64,000 bases of DNA from Convolutriloba macropyga (Eukaryota), in assembly GCF_964194025.1 (NCBI RefSeq), contig NC_134471.1, positions 5,704,001 through 5,768,000 on the forward strand, read 5' to 3'. How positions within the stretch are numbered: the stretch's first letter is position 1; each line of letters starts with the position of its first letter. Both the position numbers and the translations under genes were made by a program. The notes beneath the pieces were generated by a model. The model searched no databases, was not told the origin of the DNA, and saw only the letters and a program-made list of their open reading frames with translations. Shown here in pieces: positions 45,169 through 57,418 of this stretch.

Positions 45169-48100
45169 GAATGATCTTTTGAGTTTCAGTTCCCGAGAGA
45201 GCTGTTGAGGTTGATGTTTCGCCGAAGCTTTGAAGTCTTTCGTCACACTATTTTCATTTAATCTTCATTTTGTGTGTGTTCAGATATTATGTCCCCAAAT
45301 GTCACCACCAAAAGTTTTTATACTCAAAATTCGCCTTCATAGTGGTAATTTACATAATCTGTCATTGAGCGTTTCATTTATTTCACCTGTCGACAAAAAC
45401 AATAATCAAAAACATTTCAAAAATGCATATTCACCCTTTGAGTTTTGTACGTGAAACCACTGCCACCCTCTTTTTTGGTAATTTCTTCCATCAGCCATTG
45501 TTCAACATCACGCTGTAAAAATTTGGTTTTCAGGGCATTAAACAGAAAAATCAATAAAAGTTATTATAGCCCCGACGAAAAATAATTTATGAGCCGGATT
45601 TCTAAATTTCGCTATTATTCAGAGCTTCAGAAACTATTAAGGTTTTTTTTATCTGCCTTTTCTGCACTAACAAATCGCGTTTCCGTAAAAATTTTGCACA
45701 AATGGATTGAAAAAAAATTGAATGGAATTGCTAACTATTATATCGGCGTACAACTACTCAGCTATCAATCTCTGAGATCTAACGCTTTAGAGTTTTGATG
45801 CCTTCCTATTTCCTCTCTATTAAATTTTCAATATAAATTTTAGAAATTTTCATTTTAATTTTGGTAAAAATTGGCTTAGTACTTTTAAGATTTCAGTTAC
45901 TTTACAGTAAACCTGATCCAATGTATTCAATGAAAATTAAATGAACCTAACCTACTTTCGGTTCATGGGCACTTTTTCCGAGAAAACAAAAATCAAATCT
46001 CATGAGTTTATAGAATCTGTTGCTCTCATACAGATAACTTATCCCCCAGTCTGGCAAAAATTTACTACAATGTTTCATATTTTCAGTTCAAATGTTGCAA
46101 TAAAATTATCTAAGAGAAACAATTGTACTAACGAAAGTTCAAATATTAAAACTTTCTGGCAATTTTTATTTAAGAGTTATCTGAAAGATTTGAATAATTA
46201 GAGTTTATTAACAATCTTCAGCTAACTTGACTGCAAATTCTGTTAAATTTGTCAAATCTAGCTTATCCCTATCGTCGCTTATTTTTTCGCAGAAAGTCTG
46301 CCGGTTTGCCTCCTTTTTCATCAGCTTTATCGCATTCTGCCTTATTTCATTGTTTTAAGCAGTTGTACTATTTTGTCCTATTTTTTAGGCAAAGGTATAA
46401 ATTTTAATACCTCTTTGGATTGTTATTAAATTGTTTGATTTGAATTCTATGTTCGCAAGTAAACTATAAAAATAAGTCAACGTATGGTCCTTAGAACGGC
46501 GTCACGTTAGCAATACTTCGTTAAAGCCAAAATTATTTTCAAAAGAAAAAACGGTCGTTTCAGTTGAACCTTTAGTTAAATATAGTTTAGAGTAGAGGAA
46601 ATCAATTTGATCTAAAACTTTTTTCATATGGGCGAATTGTCATGGTTTTGGGCAATTATTTCAGCTTAATATCCGTAGAATAACTGAAGCTTGTGTTTTC
46701 GCCAGATCTTTCAATAAATATGCAACACTAAACTTAGCAAACGACCAGGCATCAAAAACAATCACAAAAACTTTTATCCATTTTTTGTCTTTCCTTCGGA
46801 GTTAATTGACCAACTGTTTAAAAAACAAAAACGCAAAGATTTTAACAGAAGTTCAGTAAAACTTTCGTTTCCCAAAAAATTTACGTATTCGACAATTTCT
46901 TTGCGCTCTTTCCGCCATAAAATCTTCTCAAACTTAAAGTTTGTCGCAACATAGCCTTTCCTGGTTTACGTTAAAAACAAAATTTTCTTTCAACTAATAT
47001 TTTTCTGGTGTCCTGACATCCGTTGGCTTTTAATTCGGACTTCATTAAACTGAGATTTAAGAAATAATTAGCACAAAGTTTTAATTTGTCTCAGTTGATT
47101 AATTTTCAGTTAATTTTCTCAGTTGATACACATCTTAAGTTCAAAAATTAAATTGAAAGATTCCAACTTTCGGAAACTTTCTTAATTCATTAAATAAAGT
47201 GAAAAATTCCAAATTACCAATTCAACAAATGAGGTAAAAAAAATCAAAAATTAAAAAAAATCCACAAATTTAGATTCCTGTTTTTAGGTTTCTGACATCT
47301 GCAAGTTCTTTCTTACTGGCAGTAGACAAAAAGCAAGACAATTTAAAGAGGAATGATTGAGAATGATAGAGGCATGAACGTATTACCGAGTTTTTCTTGT
47401 TTAATATTAATTTCCAAAAGTTTTGCAGCTAATTGAGCTCATTACGAACGATTTCGCAAAACTATTTTTTTCGACAAATTATTTTGTCCAGTTAATGTCA
47501 GCATTCTCTACTTCAACTAGCAAGTGCAGAACTCCTTTTTTAAACGAGGCGAATTCTCTATTAGCTAACAATCACAAAATGACGCAAAAATAGAGCAGAG
47601 TAGTCGTGTACACAAAATTAATTAGCTAGTGATAAATTTAAAAAGCTGATGTAAAACTATAAGCCGCGCCAAAAAAGGTTGCAATAAGTTTGAAGTAGGC
47701 GCCAACTAATAAGAAAGCTCTTATAAAAGCACCCAAAACTCAGTTTTAGAATAAGAATTAGAAAAGATTACAATAAGATTAGATTAAAAAATTTCGAGAA
47801 TATAAAACGAAACAGGAATGAGCATTTTCCAACAATTTCAAAATTTTCAAAATCTTACCAATTGAATGAAAATTTTCATTAACTATCATGAAGAAAGGAG
47901 AGTATTAAATAAAGTGGAGCCCAGCTTTTACAAAAACCAAGAAAAGCCATCTTGGTCGAAGACAAAATCGTCCAAAATCGTACAACCTCAATTTACCTCC
48001 AACAATAACTGTATTATTCAAATTTTGGGAGGACTGATGCCAATAAGGCGAAAACGCGCGACACTCCCACACTTGTAATAACATTTCTGCGCAGATTAAA

Positions 48101-49074
48101 AGCATGTACTTAAAAGTTAAACAAAACTCGCTTTCAGATGACCCACTATCATTAATTTTTAAAACTATCAACTAGGAATGAAGGCAATAAATCAGAAATC
48201 GTTCCATCAAAAAGACCCGGTGGTTTTTAATTTTTGACAAAGTAAATAATACTTGGCCTAGTCGACTTACAAATTCAGAAAACAAATTTTTTTACAAAAT
48301 TTATCCAAACATTGCCATAACCCGAAGTATGAATATATGGCCGACAAAAAATTTAGGCAAAACATTTTATGCGCGATTAAAAATAACCTCTGAAAATAGT
48401 TTGAAATTTTTATGACAATTATTTTTTAACAAACTTAAGGAACCGTCTAGTGCAATTCTTTTAGAATTTGTTAAAATTCGAGGCGGCCTCCATAAACGCA
48501 GACGAAATTTTGGTCGATGTTTATAATCCTAGAAAATCAGCAAAACTTCCAATAATCGAGATCAGGAACAAAATGTTATATTACAACACAATTGCTTAAA
48601 ATTTAGCAAAAAAATTCTAATGTACTTTTAAGACTGCACCAAGATCTTTTAAGCAATTTTATAGAATTTTTGCTTTGAAAATGTCGCACGTAAACCATAA
48701 TTGTCAAACTTCCAGCACAATTTTTAACACCTGCTTCTTAGCACTCTCAGCTATATCTCTATCGTAGCTATTAATAACATCACAAGTCACTATACCCAAT
48801 TTGCTTGCTCAAAGTTTTCAACTTTACAACTCGTGCCTCTGAATTTTACAGACTATTTGAAGACTTCGTCCCAATTAATTCAGGGGTCAACCCCCGACCT
48901 CTGGAATAGGATACCGAAGCATTAACTTCTCGGCTATCAGTGACTTGTAGTAATTTATCTCACAATCGGTTTTGTTTAAACAGACTTAAATTCTGAATAA
49001 GAGCAATTGAAGTCACTTGAGAGTGGAATCGAATGTTCCAGAACAAAACGGTCAAGCAAAAACAATGCATAAAA

Positions 49075-49408
49075 AACATTAACCGAAAAATGTCGGATGA
49101 ATTGCTCTCGAACGACAGACGGGGTTAATTTTATTTAGGTGTGTAGCTTAGAAATTTATGGGTGCAAAAACTCGTATCTCATAGGGCCGAGGCTCGAGAC
49201 CTCATGGATATGTCAGACATCTTAATCACTAAGCTACAATGGCTTTGTGAATCAACCGCTAACAACCACTTTTATATTAGCAACAAACTTCATTCGAAAT
49301 GCGAGCAATTGAAATCACGAAATATGAAGTGAAGCGTGAAAAAGTCACTCAAGAAGTAAAAGAAAATTCGAGAACAGAAGTTTCTACAACTTCGTTTGAA
49401 AGCAATAA
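49075..49408 (-). mobile_element. Helentron-type family D copy with tRNA-like segment
   Basis: Same termini as the 29228 copy, and a shared internal gtgactttttcacgctt...ttgctaatataaaa. tRNA-like tagcttagtgattaag...GAGG-TCTCGAG-CCTC at 49243-49184. Confidence 0.65.
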
Positions 49409-50258
49409 AAATCTAGTTCTTATTAATAAACAGCTTATGTGAATTACATATCCATCCTCACCTATCACCCCGCGTGCTTTGTTTTCTCATTTTGAAAAAA
49501 AATTCCCGAATATTTTTCAATTATGAACATTTGTACAATATACAATTTCTACAAATACTGTAAATATAGTTACTTCTGATATTATAGAAACAACGACCTA
49601 AGTATGAAATTCATGATTTGCTAAGAAAGGCACAAAACGCACGCAAGAGGATACTGCTGGTAGGGGAACTACCTGTAATGTGGTAAGAATATGAGAAGGG
49701 AAATTGAGAACAGTCAGCTGGTGGCCAATTACTGTATATTTTTGATTTGTGTCCCCCAGTACGTTATGCACCCCCCAAATACAGAGCACGTGTCATTACA
49801 TAGTAATGACACGTGCTCTTTTCCGCTCCCCCGCTCCCCCCCCCCCCCCCCCGCCCACCCCATTATGTTAAGCTCCCCCCAATAACAGAGCACGTGTCAT
49901 TACGTGGTATCATTTTGTTAACATATGGCACGTGCGTCTGTGGGTGCAAATAATACGCACCCACTAAGCTGGGGGAGGGCCACAAACGGAAAAGATCCCA
50001 AAAGAGATATAGAGACCGAGAAATAAAGCTTCAAGGATTTTCCGCAGATTGAGATTGGAATACTGTTCGATCATTTTAAATTTAGTTTGCTTCATAAATG
50101 ATGAGGGGAAGATTAACCAATATCAATGCAATTCATAATTTTTGTGATTATTTGAACAGGTGCCGCGCGTTTTCACCCCCATTTGTTTAACCCCCTATCA
50201 TTTCACCCCGATTTTAAACCTTTTGGTACTATTAACATTGGTAATATTATCATTTGCC

Positions 50259-50371
50259 GGGTCTTTCCCATTTTAGCCCCCCCCCCCCCCGCTTAGTGGT
50301 CAGATAACCTATAGCCCCCATAACCATGGTAAATATAGCGTAATGGGGGGGAGCTATAATGGGAAAGATCC
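50259..50371. mobile_element. MITE family A nested in another inverted-repeat element (~50160-50560)
   Basis: TSD catttgcc / cattttcc. The outer element has inverted tcatttcaccccga / tcggggtgaaatga arms. Confidence 0.8.
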
Positions 50372-50584
50372 CATTTTCCATGCTTCGCGTGCCATGGCCA
50401 TGCCACATCGGCCCGTGGGACTTGATATGAAACTATCATAACCGAACATTGAACTAAATTATCCACTTAATCATCAAAAAACATGGTTATACGGCCGACT
50501 TCTAAATTTCGGGGTGAAATGATATGGTGTTAAATGAATCGGGGTGAAAAGAGGTGGAAACAGTTCGCCAATGCTTTACGAAGT

Positions 50585-50832
50585 TTAATTATTTTCAACG
50601 GTGAAATTAGCACTTCTGACGGACATTACCCCACCTCCACTCGTCTGGCCCTGAATTCCTGCCGCACTTGCAACCAAACCTGATTCATTCAACAGGCCAT
50701 GGAAGTATCTGGTTTGAGCCATTCTGTTGAAAAAGTGTGAGAACTTAATACGAGACCTGTCCTGAATGGTTGAAAAGACCTCATCTAGCGCAGCTTGTGT
50801 CGGTATAGGGTAGTTGGACTTGGAGGTAGACA
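50585..50832 (-). CDS. CSTPP1: CSTPP1 homolog, coding exon 3
   Basis: Acceptor ttccag|, phase 1 (G+TG = Val). VSTSKSNYPIPTQAALDEVF...ENN*. The three exons total 954 nt (317 aa). Confidence 0.8.
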
Positions 50833-51227
50833 CTGGAATAACAACAAAACATTTATTGGTTCAACACTGAATTCCGAGTCAGAATCAAATAAACAACTAC
50901 TATAATTCACTACTCGGCAGTGTAAATATTTATTTGCCTATGAGTAAAAAATTAAAAACTATACTCTACTTGGAAACAAAAACAAATACATTGGCTTTCA
51001 AACTTTGCTTAAAAAAATCTGAAATTTAAAATATCCGCGTGGTTAATGTTATATGCTTGCAATTTATAAATCTCAACATTTTCCTAAATAAGTACAATCT
51101 AAGGTCTGTTTCCTAAAACTAATCTTGTAAAAATGTAATTGCACCCAGCTATTTTCATTCTCTTGTTATTCCTTCATGTCGTTTCGACCCTCAAAAATCT
51201 GATCAATTATTTTCATATCCGACCTAC

Positions 51228-51606
51228 CTAGTTGTCTTAGCCGATCTTTGAAGGTCGTTGAGTCAACGCTCTCAGCATGCGACAGAAAAGACGTAGATTT
51301 AGAAGTCGAAAGCGCGCCAGACGTATCCTGTCTAGAGGTCACGGGGGCAACTGAACTATTTTGACTTCCGCTATTTGACATCACAAGGTCATTCGGGTTC
51401 ATATTATTGTTCATAGCTTGTAAGGTCCTGTAAACTTTAATTGAGTCTGTTAGGAATTCGTCCAGGAAGAATTGCAGTTCGAAGTTTGTCAAGAAAGAAG
51501 AAAAAGTAGCAGGCTGAGCGAGTGTTAGTCCCGAATTGAGAAACGATCGTTGGATTAGTTCAATCGGCAGGTCAGCGCAAAGCATGAGCAGCAATGAATG
51601 TAACTC
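51228..51606 (-). CDS. CSTPP1: CSTPP1 homolog, coding exon 2
   Basis: Follows a 70-nt intron. ELHSLLLMLCADLPIELIQ...FSSFLTNFELQFFLDEFL...NPNDLVM (cf. EYHCLLQLLCPDFPLEL...FSDFLFAFQIQFYYSEFL). Donor G|GTAGGT, phase 1. Confidence 0.85.
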
Positions 51607-51676
51607 CTAAACGACAAAACTGTAGAATGCTATTTCAAAGTAAAATATCGAACCAATTCTTGATAAGACGGATTAC

Positions 51677-52003
51677 CTGCAGAGATAGCTGCTCAGTTGA
51701 CTGCAACAGATACTGGTAACTTTTCCTCACTCCCTTCAAAAATGAGAGTCGATTGTGTGGGGTTGCCACTATGAATGACACGCCTCGAAACATCACGTGA
51801 TTTTCAGTCAGAACAGAAGCAAAATAGTCTGCTAAAAATTTGGCACTTTCACTTTGTGACCGTGGCGTGTGTTCCTGTAGTGCCATTTGCGAAAGTGCAT
51901 CTTCTAGGTATGTTAATACGTGATGTCTGCGAAGATATGCTTCCGGGGATAATTTAGCTGTGGGAACAGTTGCACCCACAAGCGAAGGGTTCACCTCTCT
52001 CAT
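51677..52003 (-). CDS. CSTPP1: Centriolar satellite-associated tubulin polyglutamylase complex regulator 1 (C11orf49/UPF0705) homolog, coding exon 1
   Basis: YLRRHHVLTYLEDA, FLADYFASV, HVMFR and ATPHNRLSFL match the recalled human C11orf49 N-terminus (YLAQRHVLTYMEDA...HILFRE...ATPHNRVSFL). Donor CAG|GTAATC. Confidence 0.85.
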
Positions 52004-52164
52004 TTGAAATCTGAAAGTCATAAAAGGAACACAAGAGTCATTCACGTCACTAGCATAGTATTTGGTGGACAAAAATTATTTATATTCTGACCATATGCTC
52101 ACCATCTCACAAATATGCCAGATATCAACTTCCAAAAATTTCGCAATCATAAGAGGATTCGCTT

Positions 52165-52400
52165 CTCTCTGAGAGCGTGGCACAAAAGAACATAGTCGTC
52201 TAATGTCGAAAGAATTGCTCTCGAACAACAGACGGGCGCGTGATTATTTTGCAACCTGCTTCCGCCTGTACGATAGAAGTTTTGAGTCGATGCTTCAAAT
52301 TAACAAGCCCGATGTTTGGAAATTTGTGGAGGCGATACACAGAAAACAAGCACTTCAAGAATTCACAGTGGCACAACAAAAAGGGGGAAGCAGGTAGTTA
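52165..52400 (+). mobile_element. Possible MULE-type transposase C-terminal relic
   Basis: AWHKR near 52177 and SFESMLQINKPDVWKFVEAIHRKQALQEFTVAQQKGG resemble the EGWH...HPxIWxFIxxLxxEQ...QxxxG tail of MULE transposases. Confidence 0.4.
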
Positions 52401-52441
52401 ACGAAAGAGAATAAAACGAACTGTTTGTGCCGCTCACGAAT

Positions 52442-53408
52442 AACATAGCCGGCAGATTGCCGGAAAACAGCCGCGATAGATGCTTGTGGCGTTACTAGAA
52501 TTGAAACAACTATAGAAATAAAATAGACAGATCGACCACCAGTCCTTTAATAGACCACTAGACTTTTTGGGTTAGCTTCGGACTATCATTTTTATGAGAC
52601 ACATAAGCTCTATAAGGAGAAAGCCCTAATAGGGCTTTTGAAAATTAGGACCTTTTCCGTTTATGCCCCCTCAGCTTAGTGGGCGCATATTATTTGCACC
52701 CCCCAGATGCACGTGCAATATTTTGGGGGGGGGGAGGGACAAACGGAAAAGATCCCAAAATTAATATTCGAAATCAAAAACTCAAGACTCTAATATTGAA
52801 GAATTAGGGCATATGTTTGACACTACTTAGATGCACACTATTGACCTTTAATAAGTATATGTTTATAAAATTTAAAATTTCATAAGTGAGCTCAGAAGTC
52901 ATTTTTTTTAGTGAGGTATGTCATTGAAAAAGTAAATTCCAAGAAGTCACGGTAAGACGAAACAAAAATCAGTCAGACGAAGTAAAAAAAAACATAGCAG
53001 GACAAGTCCTGACGTACAATTCAAAGAATTTTCATTGACTATACAGAAACCTAAACCTAGAACGGACTATTAATGGTTTGGCAAAACCATTTAGAAAAAA
53101 TCCGATCAAAAAAACAGTAAAAATCAAAGTGAAATTGCCGCATGTGAACAAAAACCACTAGCGAGAAAGCGAATTTTTGTTCAAACACCGTTTTCTCACT
53201 CTACTTTAAATTTAGAGCGGAAAAAAAATTTTACGCCGCAAAACCACTCGCTTTTTCGCTCCACTTCCTGTTTCGGCGTGACCAAAATCACTACTCCAAT
53301 TTGACTTCAAAAATCATGAAAATGTGTGAACAGATCTTAAAAAAAGGATCTTAAACAGATCTTAGGAGCGCTATAATAGCCGCCAAGAATTGAGGACGCG
53401 GCTATTAA
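52442..53408 (-). mobile_element. Helentron-type family C, short copy, with nested MITE B (52648-52755)
   Basis: The 3' end reads aacatagccggcagattgccggaaaacagccgcga on +, and the 5' hairpin is at 53375-53408. The nested MITE has TSD gaaaatta / caaaatta. Confidence 0.8.
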
Positions 53409-54383
53409 TCAACCAACAGAATATTTGCGACCAATTGCTTCAAACATGTCATTTTGAGAAACTGTTTCAATTTTTTGCTTTCTCTGTGCAATTGTGTAAT
53501 AATATAATTCATTCAATTTAATTTGATTGATTTTAAATCTCTTTGACAGGCAATTGGGGGGGGGGGGTTATTTCCGTTGTTTTTTTCCGTGGGAGTTTCT
53601 CCGAGGGTTCTTTCCTACCTAATTTTGGATGGGGGTCTTTTTTTGTGGGTCTTTTAAGTGAAAATCAGAATCATTTCTGCGGGCTTGTCAAGTTAAATTG
53701 TTAATCAACTGTCGACAGTGGTTCGTTCAGCTGCTTAAAAATGTGAAAGCGAGCGATTTTAGATCCAGCAAAAGTGAAGACGTCAGATATGATAAAATTT
53801 CGAAGAGTCAAAACTTTCAAAAATTTTTCGGAAAACGCACAGCAATGATTGCTTCACTATTCGTTCGAGATCAGTTTGAAAAAGCATCAAACAAAAAGGC
53901 CATTGAAAAATTAAGAGCACCAAACAAAAAGGCTATAGCAGAAAATCAATTCTACTTCTAGTTTGATAGAACATTTAAACATTGCCATGAGAATTCAGTT
54001 GCTAAAAACTTATGAAAGTCTGACGAACAAATAGAATCTGAAACAACCAATAAATGTGAGAAAGGCTCTCGAATGAGTAGCGACAGGTACTTAAATACCA
54101 ATATTAAAAACAGAATCACACCAAGTTTGGCGCACTTTTCATTTGACTTTTAGTAAACGGCAGTCACTTAGAGTTCCGCTGCTTAAAACTGTGAATGAGA
54201 GAAACTAAGATCAGGCAAAACTTGAAGGCGTAAAGGTCACTTGAAACGTCGAAACGGTCCCGCAGAAATTTTGCGGAAACAAAAAAGCACGAACATTTAC
54301 GAAAATTATTTCAAACTAAGTTCGAGAGCAATTACTCTTCAAAAAGTTTACCGAGTTTATTCTCAAAGGGCTGCCAGAGCTTT

Positions 54384-54449
54384 GGTGACTCATGCAGTCT
54401 CAGTCGGTGACTCATGCAGTCTCAGTCGGTGACTCATGCAGTCTCAGTC
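54384..54449. repeat. Perfect 22-bp tandem repeat x3
   Basis: ggtgactcatgcagtctcagtc occurs three times, each containing TGACTCA. Confidence 0.95.
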
Positions 54450-55064
54450 ATAACAGCATGCGGTGCAGTTCACTCTGATTGCAAAGATAAAAGATTTTAA
54501 GGGGCCAGTCTAAAAACTGTATTTAAGATGTTTTTGTCTCTCTAGGTGCCACCCAATCAGTTAGGAGCTCAAACAATATTTAAATCGATAAAACCATGAC
54601 CCTCTGCGGAGGGAACGCCAAGAACGAGAACAGGAAGGCTAGGCCCTTCAAGATTCCCAATATTCAGGAGACAGAATATTTCCGTTACCCCATTGATTTG
54701 AATTGATCTGGCGATAACAATGAGCGCGGGTTGCGGCGAGTGTTCTGGGTTGTGGAATGAGAAATAAAAAAAAACCGCAGTCCTAATATAATTGCTACAA
54801 GCTTTGTTTGAGAGCAATTAACAAACGTTTTACAAAAATGGAGCTAAGTATTTTTAAGCCATCAAATTATTGCGCGTAACCTTCTGCGACACCCCTCCAA
54901 TGTAGAATTAAAAGGAAAATGCTGAGCAAAACATCAAAACGGGTCTTAATCAACACTGACCTTGATAAGGTTAGAGCTTTACAACAAAAATGTCACGACA
55001 AAGAATAAATTGGAGCAAAAAGCGTTGGACTAAATAATAGCATTCAATTCCCAACGGCGTCATA

Positions 55065-55710
55065 TCACATATCACTTTCATTGTACACAGGCTTGATGCT
55101 GGTTCCTTTTCGAATCTGACCCCAGCCAATCAAACGGAAATTCTTCTCTATTCTTCTGCTCAAAGCAATTTTCTCGCCAATTTCTGTACAAACAGGTGTG
55201 GTCAGAACAAATTTAGCCAAATCAGCTTTAACTGCAACCACCCTCGCTTTAGCCGATAAAGAGCCAATATTCACCATCAACATTTCATTCTTGGTCAGTT
55301 TCTGAACCTTAGCTCCCTTTTCTTTCCCTTCAACTCGAACACCCAGTAACCTTCTGAGAAGGTAGAATGAAATTTCCAGTTCAATAAAGATATCGGGAAG
55401 GGTTCCAACAGCACCCAACACTTGACCGACCATTCTGTCTCCTCGACACAAGGTCGGGTCAATTTTGGTTCCCACTCCCAACAGACCTCCAGGCACTGCA
55501 TATTGCAAATCATTCTTCTCAGCGAAAAGCGATAAGACCAGAGTCTTGATAGGAGTGCACACCATCTGATTGTTCTCGCCTTTCCTCACAATTCCAGGTC
55601 GGATTTCGACTTCCTGGCCAACTTTGAGAACTCCTTGAAGAATGCTGCCACCGGCTACTCCTCCCTTGAGGTCGTCGACCTCTGAGCCCGGTTTGTTGAC
55701 GTCGAATGAT
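55065..55710 (-). CDS. EIF2S3: eIF2-gamma exon 4 (last)
   Basis: RSFDVNKPG...GGVAGGS...[18 protein letters not shown]. With the micro exon the CDS totals 1461 nt (486 aa). Confidence 0.97.
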
Positions 55711-56277
55711 CTAGAATAGAGCACTGCTCTACATTCCAAACTAGGATAAAAATATGTACTCCAGTAATGGTGATAAAAGACTTCAATTTAGAGAAGTGAG
55801 AGGTTCCGATAATTCGTCAGAAGATTATTACATCAGGGCACAAAAATACATTTAACTGATTAAAAGCAAATTTTATTGGGAAAAAAATGCTCAACTTAAA
55901 GCCATGATCTTTAGGACCCACGCCTATACTTTATACAGCAGGTGCAAGGACAATTAATGTCGAACTTGAAATCACGCAGTCTCCGACAGTATAGTTTCAA
56001 TCGGGTCTTTTATTCGTAGAAATTGTAAATGGACACCTGGAAATGGAAAAGAAATGGAGAAGCTGATCCCATAAATCCGTTTCAAGTCATGGTAAACCAC
56101 TTTGAGACTAAATCAATCTCTTCATGCATACTGTTGCTTTGCTTATTTTTTTTTTCAATTGCCAAAAATGATAATTTTTACGTACATAAACAAACTTTTC
56201 TGCAATAGTACACGCAGAAGTACTTTTTTTAGGATTAATTTACACAGTTAGTGACTACAATGGATTACATTACTGAC

Positions 56278-56748
56278 CTGATGATGATTAGCTTTGCAGG
56301 AAGGTTGAAAACTCTGGTCGGGACTGGAACTTTTTCACAGAGATACTGGCAAACTACATCTACATTGTACTTCAGCTGTGCTGAAATGGGAACAATGGGT
56401 GCTTCTGCAGCTACTGTACCTCTCACGAATTCCAAAATCTCTTGATACTGCTCTTTCGCAGCCGTATCCCTTACAAGATCAATTTTGTTCTGCAGAATTA
56501 TAATGTGTTTCAATTTCATAATTTCAATTGCCGCCAAATGCTCGGATGTTTGGGGTTGTGGACAAGGTTCGTTTCCTGCGATCAGGAGCAAGGCGGCGTC
56601 CATGATGGCCGCCCCGTTTAACATGGTTGCCATCAAAATGTCGTGACCAGGACAGTCCACAAATGACACATGTCGTACAAGTCTGTAATTGCCGCCACAG
56701 CCAACAGCTGCGCATGGGAAAACATCTCGCATGTCACTACTACATGAC
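56278..56748 (-). CDS. EIF2S3: eIF2-gamma exon 3
   Basis: [42 protein letters not shown]. Phase 2 at both ends. Confidence 0.97.
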
Positions 56749-57199
56749 CTGCAACACACAACGATTACATGCAAATATTTTTTAAAAAAAAAAACACTAA
56801 GGAAATGGAAAGGCAGATTGCTTTGCTCGATAATCAAACAAAATATTAAGTCAAAACTGCAGCTGATACAAAATTTCAAACCAACTGAAAGTTAACCCAG
56901 GCACATCTAAATTCAGTTTGTGTCTGAGTTTAATTCCATTGTCAGATTTATGATACTGTGACATAAAGAGAGAGTGTATGAATAAAAGTAGAGCAATTCC
57001 AGAAAATAGAGAATTAAGCAAATTACTCAGTGCGAATATTTCAACAATCTGAGTGCAAAAGTATCTCAACATTTCAAATTGGAAATGTATTGTTATCAGC
57101 ATAGGTTAGATTTTGTTCAATTAGACAAACAAATTTGCTTAAGAGTGTTCTTAAATCTACGGATTGTAATCTTAAAGCAATTCCATTAACACTAGAGAC

Positions 57200-57418
57200 G
57201 AAACAGCTAGTTATTATTACTATTATTGTTTTAAGCATCATTTAAAATCTCAACAGTGCAGGAAAATTAAAACAGATACGTTTTGAGTTTTTGCCTGAAT
57301 AAAATTTCAGATGGTATAAGTTTCAAATCAAAAGAGAGTTTATTCCACTCAACAGCGACGGCATGTGAGAACGAACGTCTTCCAAAACTAGAGCGAAATT
57401 TGGAAACAAGTAAATTGT
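57200..57418 (-). mobile_element. L2/CR1-type LINE 3' end, distal half
   Basis: YNLLVSKFRSSFGRRSFSHAVAVEWNKLSFDLKLIPSEILFRQKLKTYLF* is a typical L2-group ORF2 C-terminus. Confidence 0.8.

Noticed and set aside
56749-56879. ORF-track N-terminal extensions of eIF2-gamma exons (also 55711-55739)
   Set aside because: Intronic read-through upstream of clear AG acceptors.
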